A stretch of DNA of 64,000 bases from Squalus acanthias (lineage: Eukaryota). Both the position numbers and the translations under genes were made by a program. The notes beneath the pieces are model-generated. The model ran no database searches and was not told where the DNA came from. It saw nothing but the letters and a program-made list of their open reading frames with translations. The DNA is taken from positions 29,266,001 through 29,330,000 of the forward strand of contig CM059433.1 in assembly GCA_030390025.1 (NCBI GenBank), written 5' to 3'. This document shows positions 1 through 12,000 of this stretch, piece by piece (position 1 is the stretch's first letter; each line of letters begins with the position of its first letter).

Positions 1-3000
1 TGTAAAGAGTGTCAGTATTGGGGGCAAGGGTAAAGAGTATCAATATTGGAGGGTGAGGATAAAGAGTGTCAGTATTGGAGGGTGAGGATGGTAAAGAGTT
101 TCAGTATTGTAGGGTGAGGGTAAAGAGTGTCAGTATTGGAGGGTGAGGAGGTAAAGAGTGTCAGTATTGGAGGGTGAGGGTAAAGAGTGTCAGTATTGGA
201 GGGTGAGGAGGGTAAAGAGTGTCAGTATTGGAGGGTGAGGGTAAAGAGTGTCAGTATTGGAGGGTGAGGTAAAGAGTGTCAGTATTGGAGGGTGAGGAGG
301 TAAAGAGTGTCAGTATTGGAGGGTGAGGAGGGTAAAGAGTGTCAGTATTGGAGGGTGAGGAGGGTAAAGAGTGTCAGTATTGGAGGGTGAGGGGTAAAGA
401 GTGTCAGTATTGGAGGGTGAGGGTAAAGAGTGTCAGTATTGGAGGGTGAGGAGGTAAAGAGTGTCAGTATTGGAGGGTGAGGGTAAAGAGTGTCAGTATT
501 GGAGGGTGAGGAGGGTAAAGAGTGTCAGTATTGGAGGGTGAGGAGGGTAAAGAGTGTCAGTATTGGAGGGTGAGGGTAAAGAGTGTCAGTATTGGAGGGT
601 GAGGGTAAAGAGTGTCAGTATTGGAGGGTGAGGGTAAAGAGTGTCAGTATTGGAGGGTGAGGGGTAAAGAGTGTCAGTATTGGAGGGTGAGGAGGTAAAG
701 AGTGTCAGTATTGGAGGGTGAGGGTAAAGAGTGTCAGTATTGGAGGGTGAGGGTAAAGAGTGTCAGTATTGGAGGGTGAGGGTAAAGAGTGTCAGTATTG
801 GAGGGTGAGAGGTAAAGAGTGTCAGTATTGGAGGGTGAGGGTAAAGAGTGTCAGTATTGGAGGGTGAGGGTAAAGAGTGTCAGTATTGGAGGGTGAGGGT
901 AAAGAGTGTCAGTATTGGAGGGTGAGGGTAAAGAGTGTCAGTATTGGAGGGTGAGGGTAAAGAGTGTCAGTATTGGAGGGTGAGGGTAAAGAGTGTCAGT
1001 ATTGGAGGGTGAGGAGGTAAAGAGTGTCAGTATTGGAGGGTGAGGAGAGTAAAGAGTGTCAGTATTGGAGGGTGAGGGTAAAGAGTGTCAGTATTGGAGG
1101 GTGAGGGTAAAGAGTGTCAGTATTGGAGGGTGAGGGTAAAGAGTGTCAGTATTGGAGGGTGAGGGTAAAGAGTGTCAGTATTGGAGGGTGAGGAGTAAAG
1201 AGTGTCAGTATTGGAGGGTGAGGGTAAAGAGTGTCAGTATTGGAGGGTGAGGGTAAAGAGTGTCAGTATTGGAGGGTGAGGAGGTAAAGAGTGTCAGTAT
1301 TGGAGGGTGAGGGTAAAGAGTGTCAGTATTGGAGGGTGAGGAGGTAAAGAGTGTCAGTATTGGAGGGTGAGGAGGGTAAAGAGTGTCAGTATTGGAGGGT
1401 GAGGGTAAAGAGTGTCAGTATTGGAGGGTGAGGAGGGTAAAGAGTGTCAGTATTGGAGGGTGAGGGTAAAGAGTGTCAGTATTGGAGGGTGAGGGTAAAG
1501 AGTGTCAGTATTGGAGGGTGAGGGTAAAGAGTGTCAGTATTGGAGGGTGAGGAGGTAAAGAGTGTCAGTATTGGAGGGTGAGGAGGGTAAAGAGTGTCAG
1601 TATTGGAGGGTGAGGGTAAAGAGTGTCAGTATTGGAGGGTGAGGGTAAAGAGTGTCAGTATTGGAGGGTGAGGGTAAAGAGTGTCAGTATTGGAGGGTGA
1701 GGGTAAAGAGTGTCAGTATTGGAGGGTGAGGGTAAAGAGTGTCAGTATTGGAGGGTGAGGGTAAAGAGTGTCAGTATTGGAGGGTGAGGGTAAAGAGTGT
1801 CAGTATTGGAGGGTGAGGAGGGTAAAGAGTGTCAGTATTGGAGGGTGAGGGTAAAGAGTGTCAGTATTGGAGGGTGAGGTAAAGAGTGTCAGTATTGGAG
1901 GGTGAGGAGGTAAAGAGTGTCAGTATTGGAGGGTGAGGGGTAAAGAGTGTCAGTATTGGAGGGTGAGGGTAAAGAGTGTCAGTATTGGAGGGTGAGGGTA
2001 AAGAGTGTCAGTATTGGAGGGTGAGGGTAAAGAGTGTCAGTATTGGAGGGTGAGGGGTAAAGAGTGTCAGTATTGGAGGGTGAGGGTAAAGAGTGTCAGT
2101 ATTGGAGGGTGAGGGTAAAGAGTGTCAGTATTGGAGGGTGAGGAGGCAAATGAGTGTCATTATTGGAGGGTGAGGAGAGTAAAGAGTGTCAGTATTGGAG
2201 GGTGAGGGTAAAGAGTGTCAGTATTGGAGGGTGAGGGTAAAGAGTGTCAGTATTGGAGGGTGAGGGTAAAGAGTGTCAGTATTGGAGGGTGAGGGTAAAG
2301 AGTGTCAGTATTGGAGGGTGAGGGTAAAGAGTGTCAGTATTGGAGGGTGAGGGTAAAGAGTGTCAGTATTGGAGGGTGAGGGTAAAGAGTGTCAGTATTG
2401 GAGGGTGAGGGTAAAGAGTGTCAGTATTGGAGGGTGAGGGTAAAGAGTGTCAGTATTGGAGGGTGAGGGTAAAGAGTGTCAGTATTGGAGGGTGAGGGTA
2501 AAGAGTGTCAGTATTGGAGGGTGAGGGTAAAGAGTGTCAGTATTGGAGGGTGAGGGGTAAAGAGTGTCAGTATTGGAGGGTGAGGGTAAAGAGTGTCAGT
2601 ATTGGAGGGTGAGGAGGTAAAGAGTGTCAGTATTGGAGGGTGAGGGTAAAGAGTGTCAGTATTGGAGGGTGAGGAGGGTAAAGAGTGTCAGTATTGGAGG
2701 GTGAGGGTAAAGAGTGTCAGTATTGGAGGGTGAGGGTAAAGAGTGTCAGTATTGGAGGGTGAGGGTAAAGAGTGTCAGTATTGGAGGGTGAGGGTAAAGA
2801 GTGTCAGTATTGGAGGTGAGGGTAAAGAGTGTCAGTATTGGAGGGTGAGGGTAAAGAGTGTCAGTATTGGAGGGTGAGGGTAAAGAGTGTCAGTATTGGA
2901 GGGTGAGGGTAAAGAGTGTCAGTATTGGAGGGTGAGGAGGGTAAAGAGTGTCAGTATTGGAGGGTGAGGGTAAAGAGTGTCAGTATTGGAGGTGAGGAGG

Positions 3001-6000
3001 GTAAAGAGTGTCAGTATTGGAGGGTGAGGAGGGTAAAGAGTGTCAGTATTGGAGGGTGAGGGTAAAGAGTGTCAGTATTGGAGGGTGAGGGTAAAGAGTG
3101 TCAGTATTGGAGGGTGAGGGTAAAGAGTGTCAGTATTGGAGGGTGAGAGGGTAAAGAGTGTCAGTATTGGAGGGTGAGGGTAAAGAGTGTCAGTATTGGA
3201 GGGTGAGGGTAAAGAGTGTCAGTATTGGAGGGTGAGGGTAAAGAGTGTCAGTATTGGAGGGTGAGGGTAAAGAGTGTCAGTATTGGAGGGTGAGGAGGGT
3301 AAAGAGTGTCAGTATTGGAGGGTGAGGAGGTAAAGAGTGTCAGTATTGGAGGGTGAGGGTAAAGAGTGTCAGTATTGGAGGGTGAGGGTAAAGAGTGTCA
3401 GTATTGGAGGGTGAGGGGTAAAGAGTGTCAGTATTGGAGGGTGAGGGTAAAGAGTGTCAGTATTGGAGGGTGAGGGTAAAGAGTGTCAGTATTGGAGGGT
3501 GAGGGTAAAGAGTGTCAGTATTGGAGGGTGAGGGTAAAGAGTGTCAGTATTGGAGGGTGAGGGTAAAGAGTGTCAGTATTGGAGGGTGAGGGTAAAGAGT
3601 GTCAGTATTGGAGGGTGAGGGTAAAGAGTGTCAGTATTGGAGGGTGAGGGTAAAGAGTGTCAGTATTGGAGGGTGAGGGTAAAGAGTGTCAGTATTGGAG
3701 GGTGAGGGTAAAGAGTGTCAGTATTGGAGGGTGAGGGTAAAGAGTGTCAGTATTGGAGGGTGAGGGTAAAGAGTGTCAGTATTGGAGGGTGAGGGTAAAG
3801 AGTGTCAGTATTGGAGGGTGAGGTAAAGAGTGTCAGTATTGGAGGGTGAGGGTAAAGAGTGTCAGTATTGGAGGGTGAGGGTAAAGAGTGTCAGTATTGG
3901 AGGGTGAGGGTAAAGAGTGTCAGTATTGGAGGGTGAGGGTAAAGAGTGTCAGTATTGGAGGGTGAGGGTAAAGAGTGTCAGTATTGGAGGGTGAGGAGGT
4001 AAAGAGTGTCAGTATTGGAGGGTGAGGGTAAAGAGTGTCAGTATTGGAGGGTGAGGGTAAAGAGTGTCAGTATTGGAGGGTGAGGAGGTAAAGAGTGTCA
4101 GTATTGGAGGGTGAGGAGGTAAAGAGTGTCAGTATTGGAGGGTGAGGAGGTTAAAGAGTGTCAGTATTGGAGGGTGAGGGTAAAGAGTGTCAGTATTGGA
4201 GGGTGAGGGTAAAGAGTGTCAGTATTGGAGGGTGAGGGTAAAGAGTGTCAGTATTGGAGGTGAGGGTAAAGAGTGTCAGTATTGAGGGTGAGGGTAAAGA
4301 GTGTCAGTATTGGAGGGTGAGGGTAAAGAGTGTCAGTATTGGAGGGTGAGGGTAAAGAGTGTCAGTATTGGAGGGTGAGGGTAAAGAGTGTCAGTATTGG
4401 AGGGTGAGGAGGGTAAAGAGTGTCAGTATTGGAGGGTGAGGGTAAAGAGTGTCAGTATTGGAGGGTGAGGAGGAAAGAGTGTCAGTATTGGAGGGTGAGG
4501 AGGTAAAGAGTGTCAGTATTGGAGGGTGAGGAGGGTAAAGAGTGTCAGTATTGGAGGGTGAGGGTAAAGAGTGTCAGTATTGGAGGGTGAGGGTAAAGAG
4601 TGTCAGTATTGGAGGGTGAGGGTAAAGAGTGTCAGTATTGGAGGGTGAGGAGGTAAAGAGTGTCAGTATTGGAGGGTGAGGGTAAAGAGTGTCAGTATTG
4701 GAGGGTGAGAGGGTAAAGAGTGTCAGTATTGGAGGGTGAGGGTAAAGAGTGTCAGTATTGGAGGGTGAGGGTAAAGAGTGTCAGTATTGGAGGGTGAGGA
4801 GGTAAAGAGTGTCAGTATTGGAGGGTGAGGGTAAAGAGTGTCAGTATTGGAGGTGAGGAGGGTAAAGAGTGTCAGTATTGGAGGGTGAGGGTAAAGAGTG
4901 TCAGTATTGGAGGGTGAGGGTAAAGAGTGTCAGTATTGGAGGGTGAGGGTAAAGAGTGTGAGTATTGGAGAGTGAGGGTAAAGAGTGTCAGTATTGGAGG
5001 GTATGGATTATAATGAGTGTCAGTATTGGGGGCAAGGTTAAAGAGTTTCAATATTGGAAGGTGAGGATAAAGAGTGTCAGTATTGGAGGGTGAGGATGGT
5101 AAGGATTGTCAGTATTGGAGGGTTTGGGAAAAGAGTGTCAGTATTGGAGGGTGAGGAGGGTAAAGAGTGTCAGTATTGGAGGGTGAGGGTAAAGAGTGGC
5201 AGTATTGGAGGGTGAGGAGGGTAAAGAGTGTCAATATTGGAGGGTGATGAGGGTAAAGAGTGTCAATATTGGAGGGTGAGGAGGGTAAAGAATCTCAGTA
5301 TTGGAGGGCGAGGGTAAAGAGTGTCAGTATTGGAGAGTGAGGAGGATAAAGAGTGTCAAATTGGAGGGTGTGGAGGGTAAAGAGTGTCAGTATTGGAGGT
5401 TGAGGATGGTAAAGAGTGTGAATATTAGAGGATGAGGAGGGTAAAGAGTGTCAATATTGGAGGGTGAGGGTAATGAGTGTCAGTATTGGAGGGTGAGGGT
5501 AAAGAGTGTCAGTATTGGAGGGTGAGGGTAAAGAGTGTCAGTATTGGAGGGTGAGGGTAAAGAGTGTCAGTATTGGAGGGTGAGGGTAAAGAGTGTCAGT
5601 ATTGGAGGGTGAGGGTAAAGAGTGTCAGTATTGGAGGGTGAGGAGGGTAAAGAGTGTCAGTATTGGAGGGTGAGGGTAAAGAGTGTCAGTATTGGAGGGT
5701 GAGGGTAAAGAGTGTCAGTATTGGAGGGTGAGGGGTAAAGAGTGTCAGTATTGGAGGGTGAGGAGGGTAAAGAGTGTCAGTATTGGAGGGTGAGGAGGTA
5801 AAGAGTGTCAGTATTGGAGGGTGAGGGTAAAGAGTGTCAGTATTGGAGGGTGAGGGTAAAGAGTGTCAGTATTGGAGGGTGAGGGTAAAGAGTGTCAGTA
5901 TTGGAGGGTGAGGGTAAAGAGTGTCAGTATTGGAGGGTGAGGAGGGTAAAGAGTGTCAGTATTGGAGGGTGAGGGTAAAGAGTGTCAGTATTGGAGGGTG

Positions 6001-9000
6001 AGGGTAAAGAGTGTCAGTATTGGATGGTGAGGGGTAAGAGTGTCAGTATTGGAGGGTGAGGGTAAAGAGTGTCAGTATTGGAGGGTGAGGAGGGTAAAGA
6101 GTGTCAGTATTGGAGGGTGAGGAGGGTAAAGAGTGTCAGTATTGGAGGGTGAGGGTAAAGAGCTGTCAGTATTGGAGGGTGAGGGTAAAGAGTGTCAGTA
6201 TTGGAGGCGTGAGGGTAAAGAGTGTCAGTATTGGAGGGTGAGGGTAAAGAGTGTCAGTATTGGAGGGTGAGGAGGGTAAAGAGTGTCAGTATTGGAGGGT
6301 GAGGGTTAAAGAGTGTCAGTATTGGAGGTGAGAGGGTAAAGAGTGTCAGTATTGGAGGGTGAGGAGGTAAAGAGTGTCAGTATTGGAGGGTGAGGGTAAA
6401 GAGTGTCAGTATTGGAGGGTGAGGGTAAAGAGTGTCAGTATTGGAGGGTGAGGGTAAAGAGTGTCAGAGTCAGTATTGAGGGAGAGAGTAAAGAGTGTCA
6501 GTATTGGGGGTGAGGAGGGTAAAGAGTGTCATTATTGGGGGTGAGGGTAAAGAGTGTCAGTATTGGAGGGTGAGGAGGGTAAAGAGTGTCAGTATTGGAG
6601 GGTGAGGTAAAGAGTGTCAGTATTGGTGGGTGAGCAGGGTAAACGAGTGTCAGTATTGGAGGGTGAGGGTAAAGAGTGTCAGCTATTGGAGGGTGAGGGT
6701 AAAGAGTGTCAGTATTGAGGGTGAGGGGTAAAGCGTGTCAGTATAGGAGGGTGAGGAGGGTAAAGAGTGTCAGTATTGGAGGGTGAGGGTAAAGAGTGTC
6801 AGTATTGGAGGGTGAGAGGTAAAGAGTGTCAGTATTGGAGGGCTGAGGGTAAAGAGTGTCAGTATTGGAGGGTGAGGGTAAAGAGTGTCAGTATTGGAGG
6901 GTGAGGTTAAAGAGTGTCAGTATTGGAGGTGAGAGGTAAAGAGTGTCAGTATTGGAGGGTGAGGTGTAAAGAGTGTCAGTATTGGAGGGTGAGGAGGTAA
7001 AGAGTGTCAGTATTGGAGGGTGAGGAGGGTAAAGAGTGTCAGTATTGGAGGGTGAGGGTAAAGAGTGTCAGTATTGGAGGGTGAGGGTAAAGAGTGTCAG
7101 TATTGGAGGGTGAGGGTAAAGAGTGTCAGTATTGGAGGGTGAGGAGGTAAAGAGTGTCAGTATTGGAGGGTGAGGGTAAAGAGTGTCAGTATTGGAGGGT
7201 GAGGGTAAAGAGTGTCAGTATTGGAGGGTGAGGGTAAAGAGTGTCAGTATTGGAGGGTGAGGAGGTAAAGAGTGTCAGTATTGGAGGGTGAGGGTAAAGA
7301 GTGTCAGTATTGGAGGGTGAGGGGTAAAGAGTGTCAGTATTGGAGGGTGAGGGTAAAGAGTGTCAGTATTGGAGGGTGAGGAGGTAAAGAGTGTCAGTAT
7401 TGGAGGGTGAGGGTTAATGAGTGTCAGTATTGGAGGGTGAGGAGGTAAAGAGTGTCAGTATTGGAGGGTGAGGAGGGTAAAGAGTGTCAGTATTGGAGGG
7501 TGAGGGTAAAGAGTGTCAGTATTGGAGGGTGAGGGTAAAGAGTGTCAGTATTGGAGGGTGAGGGTTAAAGAGTGTCAGTATTGGAGGGTGAGGCGTAAAG
7601 AGTGTCAGTATTGGAGGGGAGAGGTAAAGAGTGTCAGTATTGAGGGTGAGGGTAAAGAGTGTCAGTATTGGAGGGTGAGGGTAAAGAGTGTCAGTATTGG
7701 AGGGTGAGGGTAAAGAGTGTCAGTATTGGAGGAGAGGAGGGTAAAGAGTGTCAGTATTGGAGGGTGAGGGTAAAGAGTGTCAGTATTGGAGGGTGAGGGT
7801 AAAGAGTGTCAGTATTGGAGGGTGAGGGTAAAGAGTGTCAGTATTGGAGGGTGAGGAGGGTAAAGAGTGTCAGTATTGGAGGGTGAGGGTAAAGAGTGTC
7901 AGTATTGGAGGGTGAGGAGGGTAAGAGTGTCAGTATTGGAGGGTGAGGGTAAAGAGTGTCAGTATTGGAGGGTGAGGGTGAAGAGTGTCAGTATTGGAGG
8001 GTGAGGGTAAAGAGTGCCAGTATTGGAGGGTGAGGTTAAAGAGTGTGAGTAGTGGAGGGTGAGGAGGGTAAAGAGTGTCAGTATTGGAGGGTCAGGAGGG
8101 TAAAGAGTGTCAGTATTGGAGGGTGAGTGTAAAGAGTGTCAGTATTGGAGGGTGAGTGTAAAGAGTGTCAGTATTGGAGGGTGATGGTAAAGAGTGTCAG
8201 TATTGGAGTGAGAGGAGGTTAAAGAGTGTAAGTATTGGAGGGTGAGGAGGGTAAAGTGCGTCAGTATTGGAGGGTGAGGGTAAAGAGTGTCACTATTGGA
8301 GGGCGAGTGTAAAGAGTGTCAGTATTGGAGGGTGAGGGTAAATAATGTCAGTATTGGAGGGTGAACGTAAAGAGTGTCAGTATTGGAGGGTGAGGGTAAA
8401 GAGTGGCAGTATTGGAGGGTGAGGGTAAAGAGTGTCAGTATTGGAGCGTGAGGGTAAAGAGTGTCAGTATTGGAGGTTGAGGAGGATAAAGAGTGTCAGT
8501 ATTGGAGGGTGAGGGTAAAGAGTGTCAATATTGGAGAGTGAGGAGGGTAAAGAGTGTCAGCATTGGAGGGTGAGGGTAAAGAGTTTCAGTATTGAAGGGT
8601 GAAGGTAAAGAGAGTCAGTATTGGAGGGTGAGGAGAGTAAAGAGTGTCAGTATTGGAGGGTGAGGGTAAAGAGTTTCAGTATTGGAGTGTGAGGAGGGTA
8701 AAGAGTGTCAGTATTGGAGGGTGAGGGTAAAGAGTGTCAGTATTAGAGGGTGAAGGTAAAGCGTGTTACTATTGGAGGGTGAGGGTGAAGAGTGTCAGTA
8801 TTGGAGGGTGAGGGTAAAGAGAGTCAGTATTGCAGGGTGAGTGTAAAGAGTGTCAGTATTGGAGGGGGAGGGTAAAGAGTGTCAGTATTGGAGGGTGAGG
8901 GTAAAGAGTGTCAATATTGGAGGGTGTGGGTAGAGATTGTCAGTATTGGAGGGTGAGGGTAAAGAGTGTCAGTATTGGAGGGTGAGGGTAAAGAGTGTCA

Positions 9001-12000
9001 GTATTGGAGGGTGAGGGTAAAGAGTGTCAGTATTGGAGGGTGAGGGTAAAGAGTGTCAGTATTGGAGGGTGAGGGTAAAGAGTGTCAGTATTGGAGGGTG
9101 AGGGTAAAGAGTGTCAGTATTGGAGGGTGAGGGTAAAGAGTGTCAGTATTGGAGGGTGAGGGTAAAGAGTGTCAGTATTGGAGGGTGAGGGTAAAGAGTG
9201 TCAGTATTGGAGGGTGAGGGTAAAGAGTGTCAGTATTGGAGGGTGAGGAGGGTAAAGAGTGTCAGTATTGGAGGGTGAGGGTAAAGAGTGTCAGTATTGG
9301 AGGGTGAGGGTAAAGAGTGTCAGTATTGGGGGTGAGGAGGATAAAGAGTGTCAGTATTGGAGGGTGAGGAGGATAAAGAGTGTCAGTATTGGAGGGTGAG
9401 GGTAAAGAGTGTCAGTATTGGAGGGTGAGGGTAAAGAGTGTCAGTATTGGAGGGTGAGCAGGATAAAGAGTGTCAGTATTGGAGGGTGAGGGTAAAGAGT
9501 GTCAGTATTGGAGGATGAGGATACAGAGTGTCAGTGTTGGAGGGTGAGGGTAAAGAGTGTCAGTATTGGAGGGTGAGGGTAAAGAGTGTCAGTATTGGAG
9601 GGTGAGGGTAAAGAGTGTCAGTATTGGAGGGTGAGGGTAAAGAGTGTCATTATCGGGTGTGAGGGTATAGAGTGTCAGTATGGGAGGGTGAGGGTAAAGA
9701 GTGTCAGTATTGGAGGGTGAGGGTAAAGAGTGTCAGTATTGGAGGGTGAGGGTAAAGAGTGTCAGTATTGGAGGGTGAGGGTAAAGAGTGTCAGTATTGA
9801 GGGTGAGGAGGGTAAAGAGTGTCAGTATTGGAGGGTGAGGGTAAAGAGTGTCAGTATTGGAGGGTGAGGGTAAAGAGTGTCAGTATTGGGGGTGAGGAGG
9901 ATAAAGAGTGTCAGTATTGGAGGGTGAGGAGGATAAAGAGTGTCAGTATTGGAGGGTGAGGGTAAAGAGTGTCAGTATTGGAGGGTGAGGGTAAAGAGTG
10001 TCAGTGTTGGAGGGTGAGCAGGATAAAGAGTGTCAGTATTGGAGGGTGAGGGTAAAGAGTGTCAGTATTGGAGGATGAGGATACAGAGTGTCAGTGTTGG
10101 AGGGTGAGGGTAAAGGGTGTCAGTATTAGGGGTGAGGGTAAAGAGTGTCAGTATTAGGGGGTGATGGTAAAGAGTGTTAGTATTGGAGGTTGAGGGTAAA
10201 TGGTCTCAGTATTGGAGGTTGAGGGTAAAGAGTGTCTCTATTGGGGGTGAGGTTAAAGAGTGTCAGTATTGGAGGGTGAGGGCAAAGGGTGTCAGTATTG
10301 GAGGGTGAGGAGGGTAAAGAGTGTCAGTTTTGGAGCGTGAGGGTAAAGAGTGTCAGTACTGGAGGGTGAGGGCAAAGAGTGTCAGTATTGGAGGGTGAGT
10401 GTAAAGATTGTCAGTATTGGAGGGTGAGGAGGATAAAGAGTGTCAGTATTGGAGGGTGAGCAGGATAAAGAGTGTCAGTATTGGAGGGTGAGGGTAAAGA
10501 GTGTCAGTATTGGAGCGTGAGGGTAAAGAGTATCAGTATTGGAGGTTGAGGAGGATAAAGAGTGTCAGTATTGGAGGGTGAGCGTAAAGAGTGTCAGTAT
10601 TGGAGGGTGAGGGTAAAGAGTGTCAATATTGGAGAGTGAGGAGGGTATAGAGTGTCAGCATTGGAGGGTGAGGGTAAAGAGTGTCAGTATTGGAGGGTGA
10701 GGGTAAAGAGTGTCAGTATTGGAGGGTGAGGGTAAAGAGTGTCATTATCGGAGGTGAGGGTAAAGAGTGTCAGTATGGAGGGTGAGGGTAAAGAGTGTCA
10801 GTATTGGAGGGTGAGGGTAAAGAGTGTCAGTAATGGAGGGTGAGGGTAAAGAGTGTCAGTATTGGAGGGTGAGGGTAAAGAGTGTCAGTATTGGGGGTGA
10901 GGAGGATAAAGAGTGTCAGTATTGGAGGGTGAGGATGATAAAGAGTGTCAGTATTGGAGGGTGAGGGTAAAGAGTGTCAGTATTGGAGGGTGAGGGTAAA
11001 GAGTGTCAGTATTGGAGGGTGAGCAGGATAAAGAGTGTCAGTATTGGAGGGTGAGGGTAAAGAGTGTCAGTATTGGAGGATGAGGATACAGAGTGTCAGT
11101 GTTGGAGGGTGAGGGTAAAGGGTGTCAGTATTAGGGGTGAGGGTAAAGAGTGTCAGTATTAGGGGGTGATGGTAAAGAGTGTCAGTATTGGAGGTTGAGG
11201 GTAAAGGGTCTCAGTATTGGAGGTTGAGGGTAAAGAGTGTCTCTATTGGGGGTGAGGTTAAAGAGTGTCAGTATTGGAGGGTGAGGGCAAAGGGTGTCAG
11301 TATTGGAGAGTGAGGAGGGTAAAGAATGTCAGTTTTGGAGCGTGAGGGTAAAGAGTGTCAGTACTGGAGGGTGAGGGCAAAGAGTGTCAGTATTGGAGGG
11401 TGAGTGTAAAGATTGTCAGTATTGGAGGGTGAGGAGGGTAAAGAGTGTCAGTAATGGAGGGTGAGGGTAAAGAGTGTCAGTGCTGGAGGGTGAAGGTAAA
11501 GAGTGTCAGTATTGCTGGGTGAGGGTAAAGTGTGTCAGTATTGGAGGGTGAGGGTAAATAGTGTCAGTATTGGAGGGTGAGGGTAAAGAGTGTCAGTATT
11601 GGAGGGTGAGTGTAAAGATTGTCAGTATTGGAGGGTGAGGAGGCTAAAGAGTGTCAGTAATGGAGGGTGAGGGTAAAGAGTGTCAGTACTGGAGGGTGAA
11701 GGTAAAGAGTGTCAGTATTGCTGGGTGAGGGTAAAGAGTGTCAGTATTGTAGGGTGAGGGTAAATAGTGTCAGTATTGGAGGGTGAGGGTAAAGATTGTC
11801 ATTATTCGGGGTGAAGGTAAAGAGTGTCATTATTGGAGGGTGCGGGTAAAGAGTGTCAAGATTGGAGGGTGAGGAGGGTAAAGAGTGTCAGTATTGGAGG
11901 GTGAGGAGGGTAAAGAGTGTCAGTTTTGGAGGGTAAGGGTAAAGAGTGTCAGTATTGGAGGGTGAGGGTAACGATGGTCTGTATTGGGGGTGAGGGTAAA

